A stretch of DNA of 24,000 bases from the sequence record OR122689.1; one strand, written 5' to 3'. Below are positions 1 to 8,300 of the stretch, piece after piece; position 1 is the first letter of the stretch; every line of letters starts with the position of its first letter. Source of the DNA: Salmonella phage vB_SenM-AKM_NP4. The notes under the pieces were generated by a model. That model was given only the letters and a program-made list of their open reading frames with translations, was not told the DNA's origin and did not search any database. The translations under genes were made by a program, and so were the position numbers.

Positions 1-9
1 AATTACCTC

Positions 10-2202
10 TTAGATGGCGCCCTGGAGCGCCGCAATTTTCATGATGTCAGTGTAGTATTCTTCTCGAGAAATGTAGTATTCTTCAAGCATATACCAAATC
101 ACTGGGTATTTTTTAGCAAATTCGTCAGAAGCTTTATTAAAATCAGACTTTGACGATAAGATGAGTTTATTATAAATCTTATAACATAAAGCAATTTTTT
201 CAGCGGCTTCTGACTGATTTACTGTTGTGTTAATAGAGCGGTAATTTAATGCTTCCGCTATACGGTTAAGAACTAAAGACTTTTCCCAGTTATCACCGGA
301 GATAAAATTCTTCAGCAACGGATTAAGCGCTTTTATATTAATCATAGCGTTGAAGCGTCTGATATTAAACAAATGTGGATGAATTAAATCATCAAGTACG
401 TCGTCAATCAAATCTGCGTAACTATCAGCTAAAACATCAAAAACTGAAGTTAGAGAATTATTGTCTTTGACATATTTCATTGCGCTAGGACGAATAGTAT
501 AAAATTCTTTTATATCTGCCGCTTTACATGCTTGTCTAATATTTTCAATGCTGTAACTCGTAGAGCATTCTGTTCTTAATTCAACAATGTCTTCTCGATT
601 AATTCCAACTGCTAAACCTTCCAATTCACGAACTTCATTTGCAGTTAAAAACAAATTAGTCGATTCCCAATGAAGTTCTGAATCCAATTTCCATAGATGA
701 ACATTCGGAGATTTTGGACGTTTAACCGCATCTGAATTATCTGGCTTATTGATTTCAGCATCTTTGGCACGGGCTTGTTCCATATCAGAAGCTTTAAAAA
801 TAACTACTTCATCGCCTTCAAACAACTTCTTGGCAAGTTCTACAACTTCTAAATGGTCTTCATTATTCGGGTCAATTAAAATAACTTGACAGCCTTTATG
901 AATATTAAGGTAACTCATCCCACGAATAGTGCTTGCTCTGCGGTTTGGCTTATCGTCAATCATAAAAACAATCTTTTTCTGATTAACATGAATTAAGCCA
1001 GATGCCGAATATCGATTACGCGTGCTCCATGAATTACTAATTTTGCGGCGTTCAGCCATATCGCCGACAAAGTAAGTATACATATTAGATGAATACATTT
1101 TATTTTCGAGAGCACGTTGGTCGAAATAATCAAGCCATTCGCGGCAAGTTTTGCCTTGAATTTTTGATTGGCTATTACCAATAATAGCAAGAGACCTGCT
1201 GGAAAATTTCTTTAACTCACGGACCAGTTCTCGCTTATTGGTTATACTTTCAAGATGTTTGATATCGTCTCTTAGATTTGTTTCTTCGATTTTATTAATT
1301 TTATTGCGAATAGCTTCGATAGTTTCTTCATTGTAAGAAAGCTCTTCACGGCTAGGAGTAATATCAAGTTCACCTAATTCAAAATTAACATAAACCGTGC
1401 TATACTTGTTATTCAGCCATTCGCATTTGATACCAGGAACTTCTTGAACCTTAATCGGATAAACAATTCGTCCATAAATTGCATACAAATTCGAATCAGT
1501 ATCAAAATAAGAGCGTTGTTTATTAAACCATTGCTTTTCTGGAGTGAACTCTTCGAAATAATCAATATTGATATTAGCACCTTCAATTTCTGGTTCAACA
1601 CCAGCAAATGTGCGCAAAGTACGACGGACTTCATGATGCCACTTATCAATATCGTCAGTTTTTACAGGGACAGTAATTTCAATACCAGTGTATTCATCTT
1701 CTTCCATTGCTGTGTCAAACAGCGGAATAATTTCTGGACCAGTATTTTTCATTATAGCGGTGTAACCGCGCTTACGGCCTTTATGACAAGAAACGACTGT
1801 AAAAGTTTTTGTATAGCTAAATGGAGATTTTGAGCCAAGACCCATTGCCCCGATGAAATCATTTGAGTCGGCTTTAGTTGAAGCAAAATAAGTATTATAC
1901 AAGCCTGGAGCATCATCAGTTCCACGAATTTGTTCATCGCTCATACCTGGGCCAAAATCGCGAATTACGAAGCGCGGGTCTATACGAGTAGGAACTTTAA
2001 TAGTGAACGGACGAGTTTGGCCATTCAGTTTATGAGCATCAAGACAGTTAGTAGATAATTCACGAACGATAGCGTAAATTTTATTGGTATATAACTTGTC
2101 TGAAAGAACCATGAACGCTTTCATGTTGTTCTCAATGCCAAACTTACTTGCCTTCTGATTGGCTGAACCAAAAATCTGCTCTTCTTCTTGTTTAATAATC
2201 AT
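10..2202 (-). CDS. rIIA: RIIA protector from prophage-induced early lysis (GHKL-type ATPase N-terminus)
   Basis: 730-aa ORF; residues such as LYTNKIYAIVRELSTNCLDAHKLNG, DPRFVIRDFGPGMSD, PGLYNTYFASTKADSNDFIGAMGLGSKSPFSYT match remembered T4 RIIA; located downstream of genes 39/60 as in T4. Confidence 0.95.
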   Translation of the reverse strand: MIIKQEEEQIFGSANQKASKFGIENNMKAFMVLSDKLYTNKIYAIVRELSTNCLDAHKLNGQTRPFTIKVPTRIDPRFVIRDFGPGMSDEQIRGTDDAPGLYNTYFASTKADSNDFIGAMGLGSKSPFSYTKTFTVVSCHKGRKRGYTAIMKNTGPEIIPLFDTAMEEDEYTGIEITVPVKTDDIDKWHHEVRRTLRTFAGVEPEIEGANINIDYFEEFTPEKQWFNKQRSYFDTDSNLYAIYGRIVYPIKVQEVPGIKCEWLNNKYSTVYVNFELGELDITPSREELSYNEETIEAIRNKINKIEETNLRDDIKHLESITNKRELVRELKKFSSRSLAIIGNSQSKIQGKTCREWLDYFDQRALENKMYSSNMYTYFVGDMAERRKISNSWSTRNRYSASGLIHVNQKKIVFMIDDKPNRRASTIRGMSYLNIHKGCQVILIDPNNEDHLEVVELAKKLFEGDEVVIFKASDMEQARAKDAEINKPDNSDAVKRPKSPNVHLWKLDSELHWESTNLFLTANEVRELEGLAVGINREDIVELRTECSTSYSIENIRQACKAADIKEFYTIRPSAMKYVKDNNSLTSVFDVLADSYADLIDDVLDDLIHPHLFNIRRFNAMINIKALNPLLKNFISGDNWEKSLVLNRIAEALNYRSINTTVNQSEAAEKIALCYKIYNKLILSSKSDFNKASDEFAKKYPVIWYMLEEYYISREEYYTDIMKIAALQGAI

Positions 2203-2224
2203 CTTTTTCTCTCATTCACTTAAA

Positions 2225-2428
2225 TTAATCTTGGTTACGCTTAATCAATTCTGCAACTTCTAGAAGTTCTTCTGCCGTTGCGGTGTTGTTTTGTATTTTA
2301 AACCGTATTTCCTTAAAGCGTTCTTTAAAATCTTCAGCTTCACTCATGTCAAAAAATCTTTGAATGATGCGGTACTCTTTATATACAGCGTCATCAAATA
2401 ATACCATACAAACGTTAAAGCTTTTCAT
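2225..2428 (-). CDS. Small hypothetical protein between gene 60 and rIIA (rIIA.1-like by position)
   Basis: 67-aa ORF packed between rIIA and neighbour on the same strand. Confidence 0.6.
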   Translation of the reverse strand: MKSFNVCMVLFDDAVYKEYRIIQRFFDMSEAEDFKERFKEIRFKIQNNTATAEELLEVAELIKRNQD

Positions 2429-2714
2429 TTCCTACCTCTCTGAGGATGGCTGCAAACTGGCTCATAGTGTGTTTTTCACGTACAGAGTAAACCAGCCTCA
2501 AAGCGGTTTGTTGTAGGTTCACCGGAATGATCTGGTTGTTTTCAACTAATACAGCAATATGTTCTATCATATTAGAGAATTTATTTAACCAGATTTCATC
2601 TGGTGTATTCTCTGTTTTATTCAGAAACATATCTTTACTATCTCTAATTGTTGCTGCTACGTTGTATAAATTAACATAACTTCCGTTAAGCATTTTCATA
2701 GCTGTAATCACCAT
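2415..2714 (-). CDS. Hypothetical protein
   Basis: 99-aa ORF, 3' end overlapping the start of the next ORF (2225..2428), same strand and operon-like spacing. Confidence 0.65.
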   Translation of the reverse strand: MVITAMKMLNGSYVNLYNVAATIRDSKDMFLNKTENTPDEIWLNKFSNMIEHIAVLVENNQIIPVNLQQTALRLVYSVREKHTMSQFAAILREVGNEKL

Positions 2715-2721
2715 ACTAAAA

Positions 2722-2743
2722 AGGGACTCCCGAAGGAGTCCCT
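2722..2743 (-). terminator. Rho-independent terminator, GC-rich stem with UUCG loop
   Basis: Minus strand AGGGACTCC-TTCG-GGAGTCCCT followed by TTTTT; same hairpin recurs at 12897..12918. Confidence 0.85.
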
Positions 2744-2747
2744 GTTA

Positions 2748-2903
2748 TTACCATGTGGCTTTTGACACCATACCTGTAACTTTCTTCAAAGAGTTGTCCG
2801 GCTGACGAACACGAATAGTAGCCATATCACCAGGGAGAGGAAGAGCATCTCCCCACATATAACCGAAACTTCCATCTACAAGCGTTACCCAGATTTGTGA
2901 CAT
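2748..2903 (-). CDS. Small hypothetical protein (51 aa, MSQIWVTLVDGSFGYMWGDALPLPGDMATIRVRQPDNSLKKVTGMVSKATW)
   Basis: Manually translated from the sequence; lies between the gene 60 stop and the terminator at 2722..2743; AGGAG-type Shine-Dalgarno just upstream. Not in supplied ORF track. Confidence 0.6.
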   Translation of the reverse strand: MSQIWVTLVDGSFGYMWGDALPLPGDMATIRVRQPDNSLKKVTGMVSKATW

Positions 2904-2937
2904 AAACTCTCCTATACGGGCGGAATACCCGTATTAT

Positions 2938-3465
2938 TTATTCACTCATCCAGACCTTGCGAGGAGCAGCATCATTACCCATAACCATTTCAAAAAGTTC
3001 TTTCCAATTTGGAGGTAATGAAACTACATCATACACCGGCTTCTGGATAACTCGTTCATACTCATCTTCTTCTAAAGAACCAAGTCCCTTGATATAACGA
3101 AGTTTCCATCCTGTGAGTTTATCTTTTTCAGCTTCATACTCAGCGGCATTGTAATACCATTTTTGCTCAGAGCCCTTGGACATAATAATCACCGGGGTTT
3201 TAACAAAACGAATACGACCTTCTTCGAACAACTTCGGCCAATTAGCAAAAAATGCTAACAGACTTGGATAAATTGACCCTGTGCCAAATATCTCTATTGT
3301 GAGGTATATCAATGATTAGCCCGAAGGCTAACCATCAACATCAGCATCGGTCATGATGGCGATGTTTTTATAATTCAAAGAAGAAGTTGATGTACGGCGT
3401 ACGATTGTCTGGGCTTTATATGACTTCATATCGATTTCAGTTTCTTTAACTTTAGCAAATTTCAT
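2938..3465 (-). CDS. 60: DNA topoisomerase II large-subunit C-terminal part (gp60), predicted translational bypass: join(3465..3331, 3282..2938), 159 aa
   Basis: N-part translates MKFAKVKETEIDMKSYKAQTIVRRTSTSSLNYKNIAIMTDADVDG then TAG; C-part TGSIYPSLLAFFANWPKLFEEGRIRFVKTPVII... Closely resembles T4 gp60 (160 aa) on both sides of its 50-nt coding gap. Start ATG at 3465 with GAGG 6 nt upstream. Confidence 0.92.
3283..3330 (-). promoter_or_regulatory. Translational bypass coding gap (48 nt): stop + UUCG hairpin + GAG motif + GGC landing codon
   Basis: Minus strand GGT|TAGCCTTCGGGCTAATCATTGATATACCTCACAATAGAGATATTTGGC|ACA. Aligns with T4 gap TAGCCTTCGGGCTATCTATAGAAATACCTCATAATTAAGAGATTATTGGA. 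Confidence 0.88.
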
Positions 3466-4261
3466 TTAAAACCTCATAAAATTTTTCATCAGGAGTCCAA
3501 CCGTTTTTAAACTGATTGAACGCGATTTTGAACAGTTTCGTTTTGATAGTTATATTATTAACCGTTTTCCATTTAGCAATTCCGGTTTTCTTATAACTAA
3601 CTGGGTCATAAACGTTAGCATACCAATCATAAAGGGACGGAATCAACTTAACTGCGTCTGGATTGGTTTTAGATTTGTTATACCAAGGTTTAGATTTTTC
3701 AAGGGCGGCTGCTACTTTTGTAGCGTTTAACGTGTTACCAACTCCGCATAAACCAAGGTCCTTTATTAAAGGGTCGTCCGTTCTTAGTCTATAGGTTGTG
3801 TTATCTTTATCCTTGTAAACTCCGTATCCTTTCACACCTTCAAATTTTCTTCCGTAATTTACGCCAACCCAATCTTCTTCAGTGTATTCGCCTTTCGTCA
3901 GTAATCGACATTCTCCAGTTTCTTTATTTCTAAGTAAAATTTTGTCACGCATGAACTCAGCAGACCAATCTGAAATCATATTAACATAATTTTTCCTGGC
4001 TATTTCATAAAGTTTAGAACGAAATATTGTTCCAGAATTCATTATCCGGTTCAAAGCATAAGACATTTCTTTGTTTTTATGAATTTTAAACAATAACCAG
4101 TGCGCAATAAAATGTTCGCGATATGTCAATTTTACCAAATTATCTGAAGTATCTAATCCACCCATGCTTCTTGGAAGTATATGATGAATTTCTCCTTTAA
4201 CCGGCGGAACCCTGGTTTTACCCCGGGAAATTAGTTTTTCATATATCAAACTATAATTCAT
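3452..4261 (-). mobile_element. HNH homing endonuclease, MobE-like by position, inserted between genes 39 and 60 (CDS, 269 aa)
   Basis: GEIHHILPRSMGGLDTSDNLVKLTYREHFIAHWLL HNH-type motif; ATGA overlap with gene 39 stop; stop codon lies within the gene 60 start region. Same location as T4 mobE. Confidence 0.88.
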
Positions 4262-5811
4262 ACTAAGTCTTTTACTTTTTTCCAGACGCCATCAATAAAA
4301 ATTTCGTCATTGATATTAACTACAATATCTTCACCGGCAACATTTACAGTATACCATTGTTCGCCGGCTTCAACTTCCGTGAATGGGTCTTCACCAATGA
4401 CTAACCCAGTAATTGCACAAATATCAAAGATTTCTTTGTTTTTCAAAGCATCACCTGCAGACATTCCCCAGGTGTTCATCACTTTACCACGTAATGGATA
4501 ACCGCCATGAAGGGCACGGTCACGAGTATTAATTAGATAACCAATAGCAGAATCACCTTCTGTTAAGAACAAAGTTGTTTCTACTTTATCATTACCATAT
4601 TCACCAGCTTTGATGTGTTTATGAACTTTAGCTTTGGCCGCCTTTTTCGCTGCTTTGGTTTCTGCTGCCTTCTCAGCCGCCAGTTTACGTGCTAACGCAG
4701 CTTCAATAATCGGCATTAAAATAGCATCAGATTTCATAATCTGATTAGAAATTTTCTTTGCATCGAGATTTAAGTGAGATTTAATTTCGCCCCATGGACT
4801 TGTAAGACGCTCTTTGGTTTGCGAGTCAAAGCGCAAGTTACTCATATCTCGAATAAACATCAACACAGTAAAACACTCTTTAATACGAGCTTTGTTTACT
4901 TCAATTTTGTGTTTACGTTTAATAGCCGGAATTAATTCATTAGCAATTTCGTCAATAACATAATCAATATGCGAACCGCCATTCTTTGTATGAATGTTGT
5001 TAACATAAGTCATTTGACGAAAACCATCTGGAGAATTACCTATCGCCAAAGAATAATTTTCTTCATCAATAATGATAGCATTTTTATCATACTGCTTAGA
5101 ATATTTTTTGAAATTACTATCAACTTTTTTATTGTTAAATTTAAATTCAATTTTTGGATAAACGACTGCCAATGTCTGCAAACGGTCCAGCATAATATCA
5201 AAATAAACATCATCAAAATTGTTCATTTCGAAATGGCTAAAATCTGGAATAAATTCTACCTTAGTTCCTTTATAAGAGGATTTTTTGGATTTCCAAGAAA
5301 CATTGTCAGAATTATTGCTACAAGAAACTGTTAATTCATTTTCTCCATCAGATGTTGTACCTTTAAACATAACAGAGAAAATATTAGTCAATGAAGAACC
5401 AACACCGTTTTGCCCGCCAGTTTTACGCTCTTCATCAGCTCCAAAGTTTCCGCCTGCCTTAGTTTTCGTCCACGCTGCTACTGGGCCAGGAATTTCTTCA
5501 CCCTCAGGAGTAGTAACCATAGCCTGTGGAATTCCACGGCCATTATCTTCTACGGTCACTTTGCTTGTGGAAGAATCGATATTGACTGAAATTTTATTAG
5601 CAAATTTAAAACTTGTACGGATAGCTTCATCAACAGAGTTATCGATAATTTCATCAATAAGTTTGAGAACGCCAGCTACGTATTGTACCCGCTTAAATTC
5701 GCCAAAAACAAAACGCTCATGAAATTCGTTAGATACACTTCCGATGTACATTCCAGGACGCTTAAGAACGTGTTCCTTGTCAGAGAGCATTTGAATTTTA
5801 TTTTCAATCAT
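4258..5811 (-). CDS. 39: DNA topoisomerase II large subunit, ATPase/N-terminal part (gp39)
   Basis: 517 aa; GHKL ATPase motifs VLKRPGMYIGSV, DEIIDNSVDEAI, VEDNGRGIP, TGGQNGVGSSLTNIFS, and LFLTEGDSAIG TOPRIM start. Confidence 0.96.
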   Translation of the reverse strand: MIENKIQMLSDKEHVLKRPGMYIGSVSNEFHERFVFGEFKRVQYVAGVLKLIDEIIDNSVDEAIRTSFKFANKISVNIDSSTSKVTVEDNGRGIPQAMVTTPEGEEIPGPVAAWTKTKAGGNFGADEERKTGGQNGVGSSLTNIFSVMFKGTTSDGENELTVSCSNNSDNVSWKSKKSSYKGTKVEFIPDFSHFEMNNFDDVYFDIMLDRLQTLAVVYPKIEFKFNNKKVDSNFKKYSKQYDKNAIIIDEENYSLAIGNSPDGFRQMTYVNNIHTKNGGSHIDYVIDEIANELIPAIKRKHKIEVNKARIKECFTVLMFIRDMSNLRFDSQTKERLTSPWGEIKSHLNLDAKKISNQIMKSDAILMPIIEAALARKLAAEKAAETKAAKKAAKAKVHKHIKAGEYGNDKVETTLFLTEGDSAIGYLINTRDRALHGGYPLRGKVMNTWGMSAGDALKNKEIFDICAITGLVIGEDPFTEVEAGEQWYTVNVAGEDIVVNINDEIFIDGVWKKVKDLV

Positions 5812-5841
5812 GTTATTATCCCAGTTTGAATTTGTCTGATA

Positions 5842-5869
5842 ATTATATCATCAATTTAATTTAGCAATT
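5842..5869 (-). promoter_or_regulatory. MotA-type middle promoter upstream of gene 39
   Basis: Minus strand ATTGCTAAATTAAATTGATGATATAAT: MotA-box-like TTGCTAAA about 13 nt from TATAAT. Confidence 0.5.
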
Positions 5870-6216
5870 AATTCATCACGATATTTCATGAGATGATGAA
5901 GCGCCGGAGCCCCATATATAGGAGAACACAAACTTGAATTAGGTTTTTTACAAAATATGGTGTGAATAGCTTGCTCTTCACTTTCGTATGAAAACGTCAA
6001 AGTTTGGCTATACCGATCATCATAATAGGCAGCATAATTATTTTCTTCAATTACGATAAATTCTTGAACAACTTTATAATATTTTTGTAACAAGATGTAC
6101 CGTCCGTTATCCAATTTAGTCGGGAACAATGCGAATTTATATTTTCCAATCGCTCGTTCAACTAATCTAAGCTTGCGGGCGGCATTCTTTTGAATTGAAG
6201 ATTTTCCAAATATCAT
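5851..6216 (-). CDS. Hypothetical protein (39.1-like by position)
   Basis: 121-aa ORF on the operon strand. Confidence 0.65.
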   Translation of the reverse strand: MIFGKSSIQKNAARKLRLVERAIGKYKFALFPTKLDNGRYILLQKYYKVVQEFIVIEENNYAAYYDDRYSQTLTFSYESEEQAIHTIFCKKPNSSLCSPIYGAPALHHLMKYRDELIAKLN

Positions 6217-6237
6217 AATATTTTTCTCACTCAGCCG

Positions 6238-6417
6238 TTAAGAATAATCGCGATTTTTGTATCCGTTGTAATGAACAGCGGGCGCAGCGGTTTCTCGGAA
6301 CATTTTTCCTTCACAATTCAGAAATGAACATTCAATTGGTTCATCACGTTCTGAGACCTTGCGCATCTTTTCTACCTTTTCACCGCAGGCTTCGCACGTG
6401 TAATCATAAATTGGCAT
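6238..6417 (-). CDS. FmdB-like zinc-ribbon small protein (59 aa)
   Basis: Manual translation MPIYDYTCEACGEKVEKMRKVSERDEPIECSFLNCEGKMFRETAAPAVHYNGYKNRDYS; CxxC...C...C zinc-ribbon pattern with MPIYDYxCxxCG start; start overlaps the stop of the upstream ORF. Missing from ORF track. Confidence 0.75.
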   Translation of the reverse strand: MPIYDYTCEACGEKVEKMRKVSERDEPIECSFLNCEGKMFRETAAPAVHYNGYKNRDYS

Positions 6418-6851
6418 TATAGTAATCCTTTTAACATTTCAATAGCCGCTTTGACTTGATTTTTATTAGTAATTGCTAAAGTGATATGAGGAATTTCATT
6501 TTCTTCTGAAGCTTCATATTCGTCATCATTAGCCGCCGAATTAAGTGTTTCCAACTTAAAATATTTAGCTTCGTCAGGCAAGATAAAGAAATATTCATTA
6601 CTAGTTTTAATACCAGAATATTCTGGTATTTTGTCAATTATATCTTGCGCGCCGCATAGAGCCTGGCTTAATGTTATAATTGCTTCAGCGGAGCCACACC
6701 AATTAACGCTTAAAACTTTAAAAAATCCGCCATTTTTATTAATGAAATTAATAATTGATTTGTTGTGTCTATGAGCTTTGACAAATCCGTCGTAATCTTT
6801 AATAGAATACCATTGACCTTTAACGAAATGTGTTAAATTCTGTGTAGTCAT
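6417..6851 (-). CDS. Hypothetical protein (goF-like by position)
   Basis: ORF 6417..6869; internal ATG at 6851 (MTTQNLTHFVKGQW...) overlaps the preceding stop and is the more likely start. Confidence 0.65.
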   Translation of the reverse strand: MTTQNLTHFVKGQWYSIKDYDGFVKAHRHNKSIINFINKNGGFFKVLSVNWCGSAEAIITLSQALCGAQDIIDKIPEYSGIKTSNEYFFILPDEAKYFKLETLNSAANDDEYEASEENEIPHITLAITNKNQVKAAIEMLKGLL

Positions 6852-7045
6852 TAGATAGTTTCCTTCCAATAAGAAGTTCCGTTTTCATTGATGTAACGAA
6901 CTACCGCATAGATTGCACGGCTGTTTTCGTAAACGTAGGCGTATGTATGATGTTCTAGATGTCCTTGAACTTCTTTTTGCACAATAGTCAACTCTGGGTT
7001 GAACAAGATATCTTCAAACTGCTCTTGTGTTAAAATGCGGTTCAT
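6851..7045 (-). CDS. Small hypothetical protein (cef-like by position)
   Basis: 64-aa ORF, tight overlap with next gene, downstream of the early promoter at 7075..7104. Confidence 0.55.
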   Translation of the reverse strand: MNRILTQEQFEDILFNPELTIVQKEVQGHLEHHTYAYVYENSRAIYAVVRYINENGTSYWKETI

Positions 7046-7074
7046 TTATTTTCCTCGTTTGTTTTGATAGGGTT

Positions 7075-7104
7075 ATAGTATCATAACCCTCAAGGAAAGT
7101 AAAC
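7075..7104 (-). promoter_or_regulatory. T4-type early (sigma70) promoter
   Basis: Minus strand GTTTAC, 18-nt spacer, TACTAT; same architecture in five places in this window. Confidence 0.7.
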
Positions 7105-7107
7105 AGT

Positions 7108-7545
7108 TTAAACTTTCACGCTCAGAAAACGGCTTGAACGGATTACTGCTGGGATAACTAAATCCAAATCTTTAGTAGCCATTAAAGCGTATTCACCCTG
7201 ATAAACCACGTTCGCAACTTCTTCGCCGTCAATATCATAAACCAAGGTAACTAATCCACACTTACGGTCACAAATGTGACAGTCTCCCTGACCGCCGGAA
7301 TGCTCGATTGCTGCATCTGCGTTTCGAATTCGTACAATATCGCCAATTTCAATAACACAACGCTGAGAAGCTTCTTTCGTATAAGTGTCGTTTTCAGACA
7401 CATAGTAGTCTTTTACATAAATTGTGTTATTAGTTTTAACATCGCGCAGACGATATCCGTCACGCTTTGAATGACCTAGAACAATACCAACACGACCAGC
7501 ATTTTTACCACTAATTACACGAAGTTCAGTACCTTTAGCAAACAT
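7108..7545 (-). CDS. MotB-like modifier of transcription (KOW-like N-terminus)
   Basis: ORF 7108..7560; likely start MFAKGTELRVISGKNAGRVGIVLGHSKRDGYRL, a KOW-type segment; located next to dexA as motB is in T4. Confidence 0.5.
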   Translation of the reverse strand: MFAKGTELRVISGKNAGRVGIVLGHSKRDGYRLRDVKTNNTIYVKDYYVSENDTYTKEASQRCVIEIGDIVRIRNADAAIEHSGGQGDCHICDRKCGLVTLVYDIDGEEVANVVYQGEYALMATKDLDLVIPAVIRSSRFLSVKV

Positions 7546-7604
7546 ATTATCACCTTTCAATTTTCAGATTTGAGAAATTATTTTATATTAAAATATTTAA
7601 AGCG

Positions 7605-8300
7605 TTATCCACGACCTTTTGGAAGTGAAAGAGAGTCAATTTCAGCACCGACCGGAGCTTCTTCTAAGCCAAGCGCATATCGTTGAGCATACTTCAGCAT
7701 CAGAATATCTTTAGCACAATCATGGATACTATCATGAGCGATGAACCCGTCAAGTACACCATTACGCAATGGAGTTGTTGTTAAATTTCTAGTCATCAGC
7801 AGAGCTTCTATTGCTGTACGGATATCTCGCTGGTTCCAGAATTTACATGGTTCCAAATTAAATGTGTCAATATCTTTATCTTCAATTCCTTTCCGGAGTT
7901 CACCTTCACGTAGGATATCAACAAGAATAGGAAAGTCAAATGACTGTCCGCGGCACCATCCGAATGAGTTCCATGCATCTACTCCGTTATCTTTCAGGAA
8001 TTTAAGAAGTTTATAAAGTCCTTCGACGTGGTCAATGTCATCATCAGACGGTGCAAGGTTAGCTCTAGCTTCAGCTGACTGCTTTTTCCACCAAGCTAAA
8101 GTACTTGCACCGAATAACCGAAATGGACGCTGAGACCGGAGGTCAAACTTTAGTTTCATTCCCCTAGAAACTAGTTCGTCGAACGTTTCGATAACTTCCG
8201 GATTAGGGTCAAAAACTACCACCGCACAGTCAATAACTGCTGATCGAGAAACGTTACCGAATGTCTCCCAATCAATAATAAAATCTTTTACGCCCGGCAT
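7605..8300 (-). CDS. dexA: Exonuclease A (DEDD-type 3'-5' exonuclease)
   Basis: 231 aa; DFIIDWETFGNVSRSAVIDCAVVVFDP and WNSFGWCRGQSFDFPILVDIL; position between motB-like and dda. Confidence 0.92.
   Translation of the reverse strand: MPGVKDFIIDWETFGNVSRSAVIDCAVVVFDPNPEVIETFDELVSRGMKLKFDLRSQRPFRLFGASTLAWWKKQSAEARANLAPSDDDIDHVEGLYKLLKFLKDNGVDAWNSFGWCRGQSFDFPILVDILREGELRKGIEDKDIDTFNLEPCKFWNQRDIRTAIEALLMTRNLTTTPLRNGVLDGFIAHDSIHDCAKDILMLKYAQRYALGLEEAPVGAEIDSLSLPKGRG

Noticed and set aside
993-1833. ORFs 993..1190, 1413..1649 and 1444..1833 within rIIA
   Set aside because: Overlap the strongly supported rIIA frame; low-complexity shadow ORFs with no recognisable motifs.
2938-3312. ORF-track entry 2938..3312 as an independent gene starting MIYLTIEIFG
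   Set aside because: Its start is a TTG within the bypass gap; homology to gp60 begins only at TGSIYPS, and the N-terminal piece lies upstream (3331..3465). Treated as the downstream part of gene 60.
4310-5722. Plus-strand ORFs 4310..4501, 4969..5334, 5285..5722 opposite gene 39
   Set aside because: Antisense to conserved gp39 with no ribosome-binding sites or recognisable domains.
7071-7088. Palindrome ggttatagtatcataacc as a candidate operator
   Set aside because: Overlaps the -10 of an early promoter and is A/T-rich; symmetry could be incidental and is not shared by the other early promoters.
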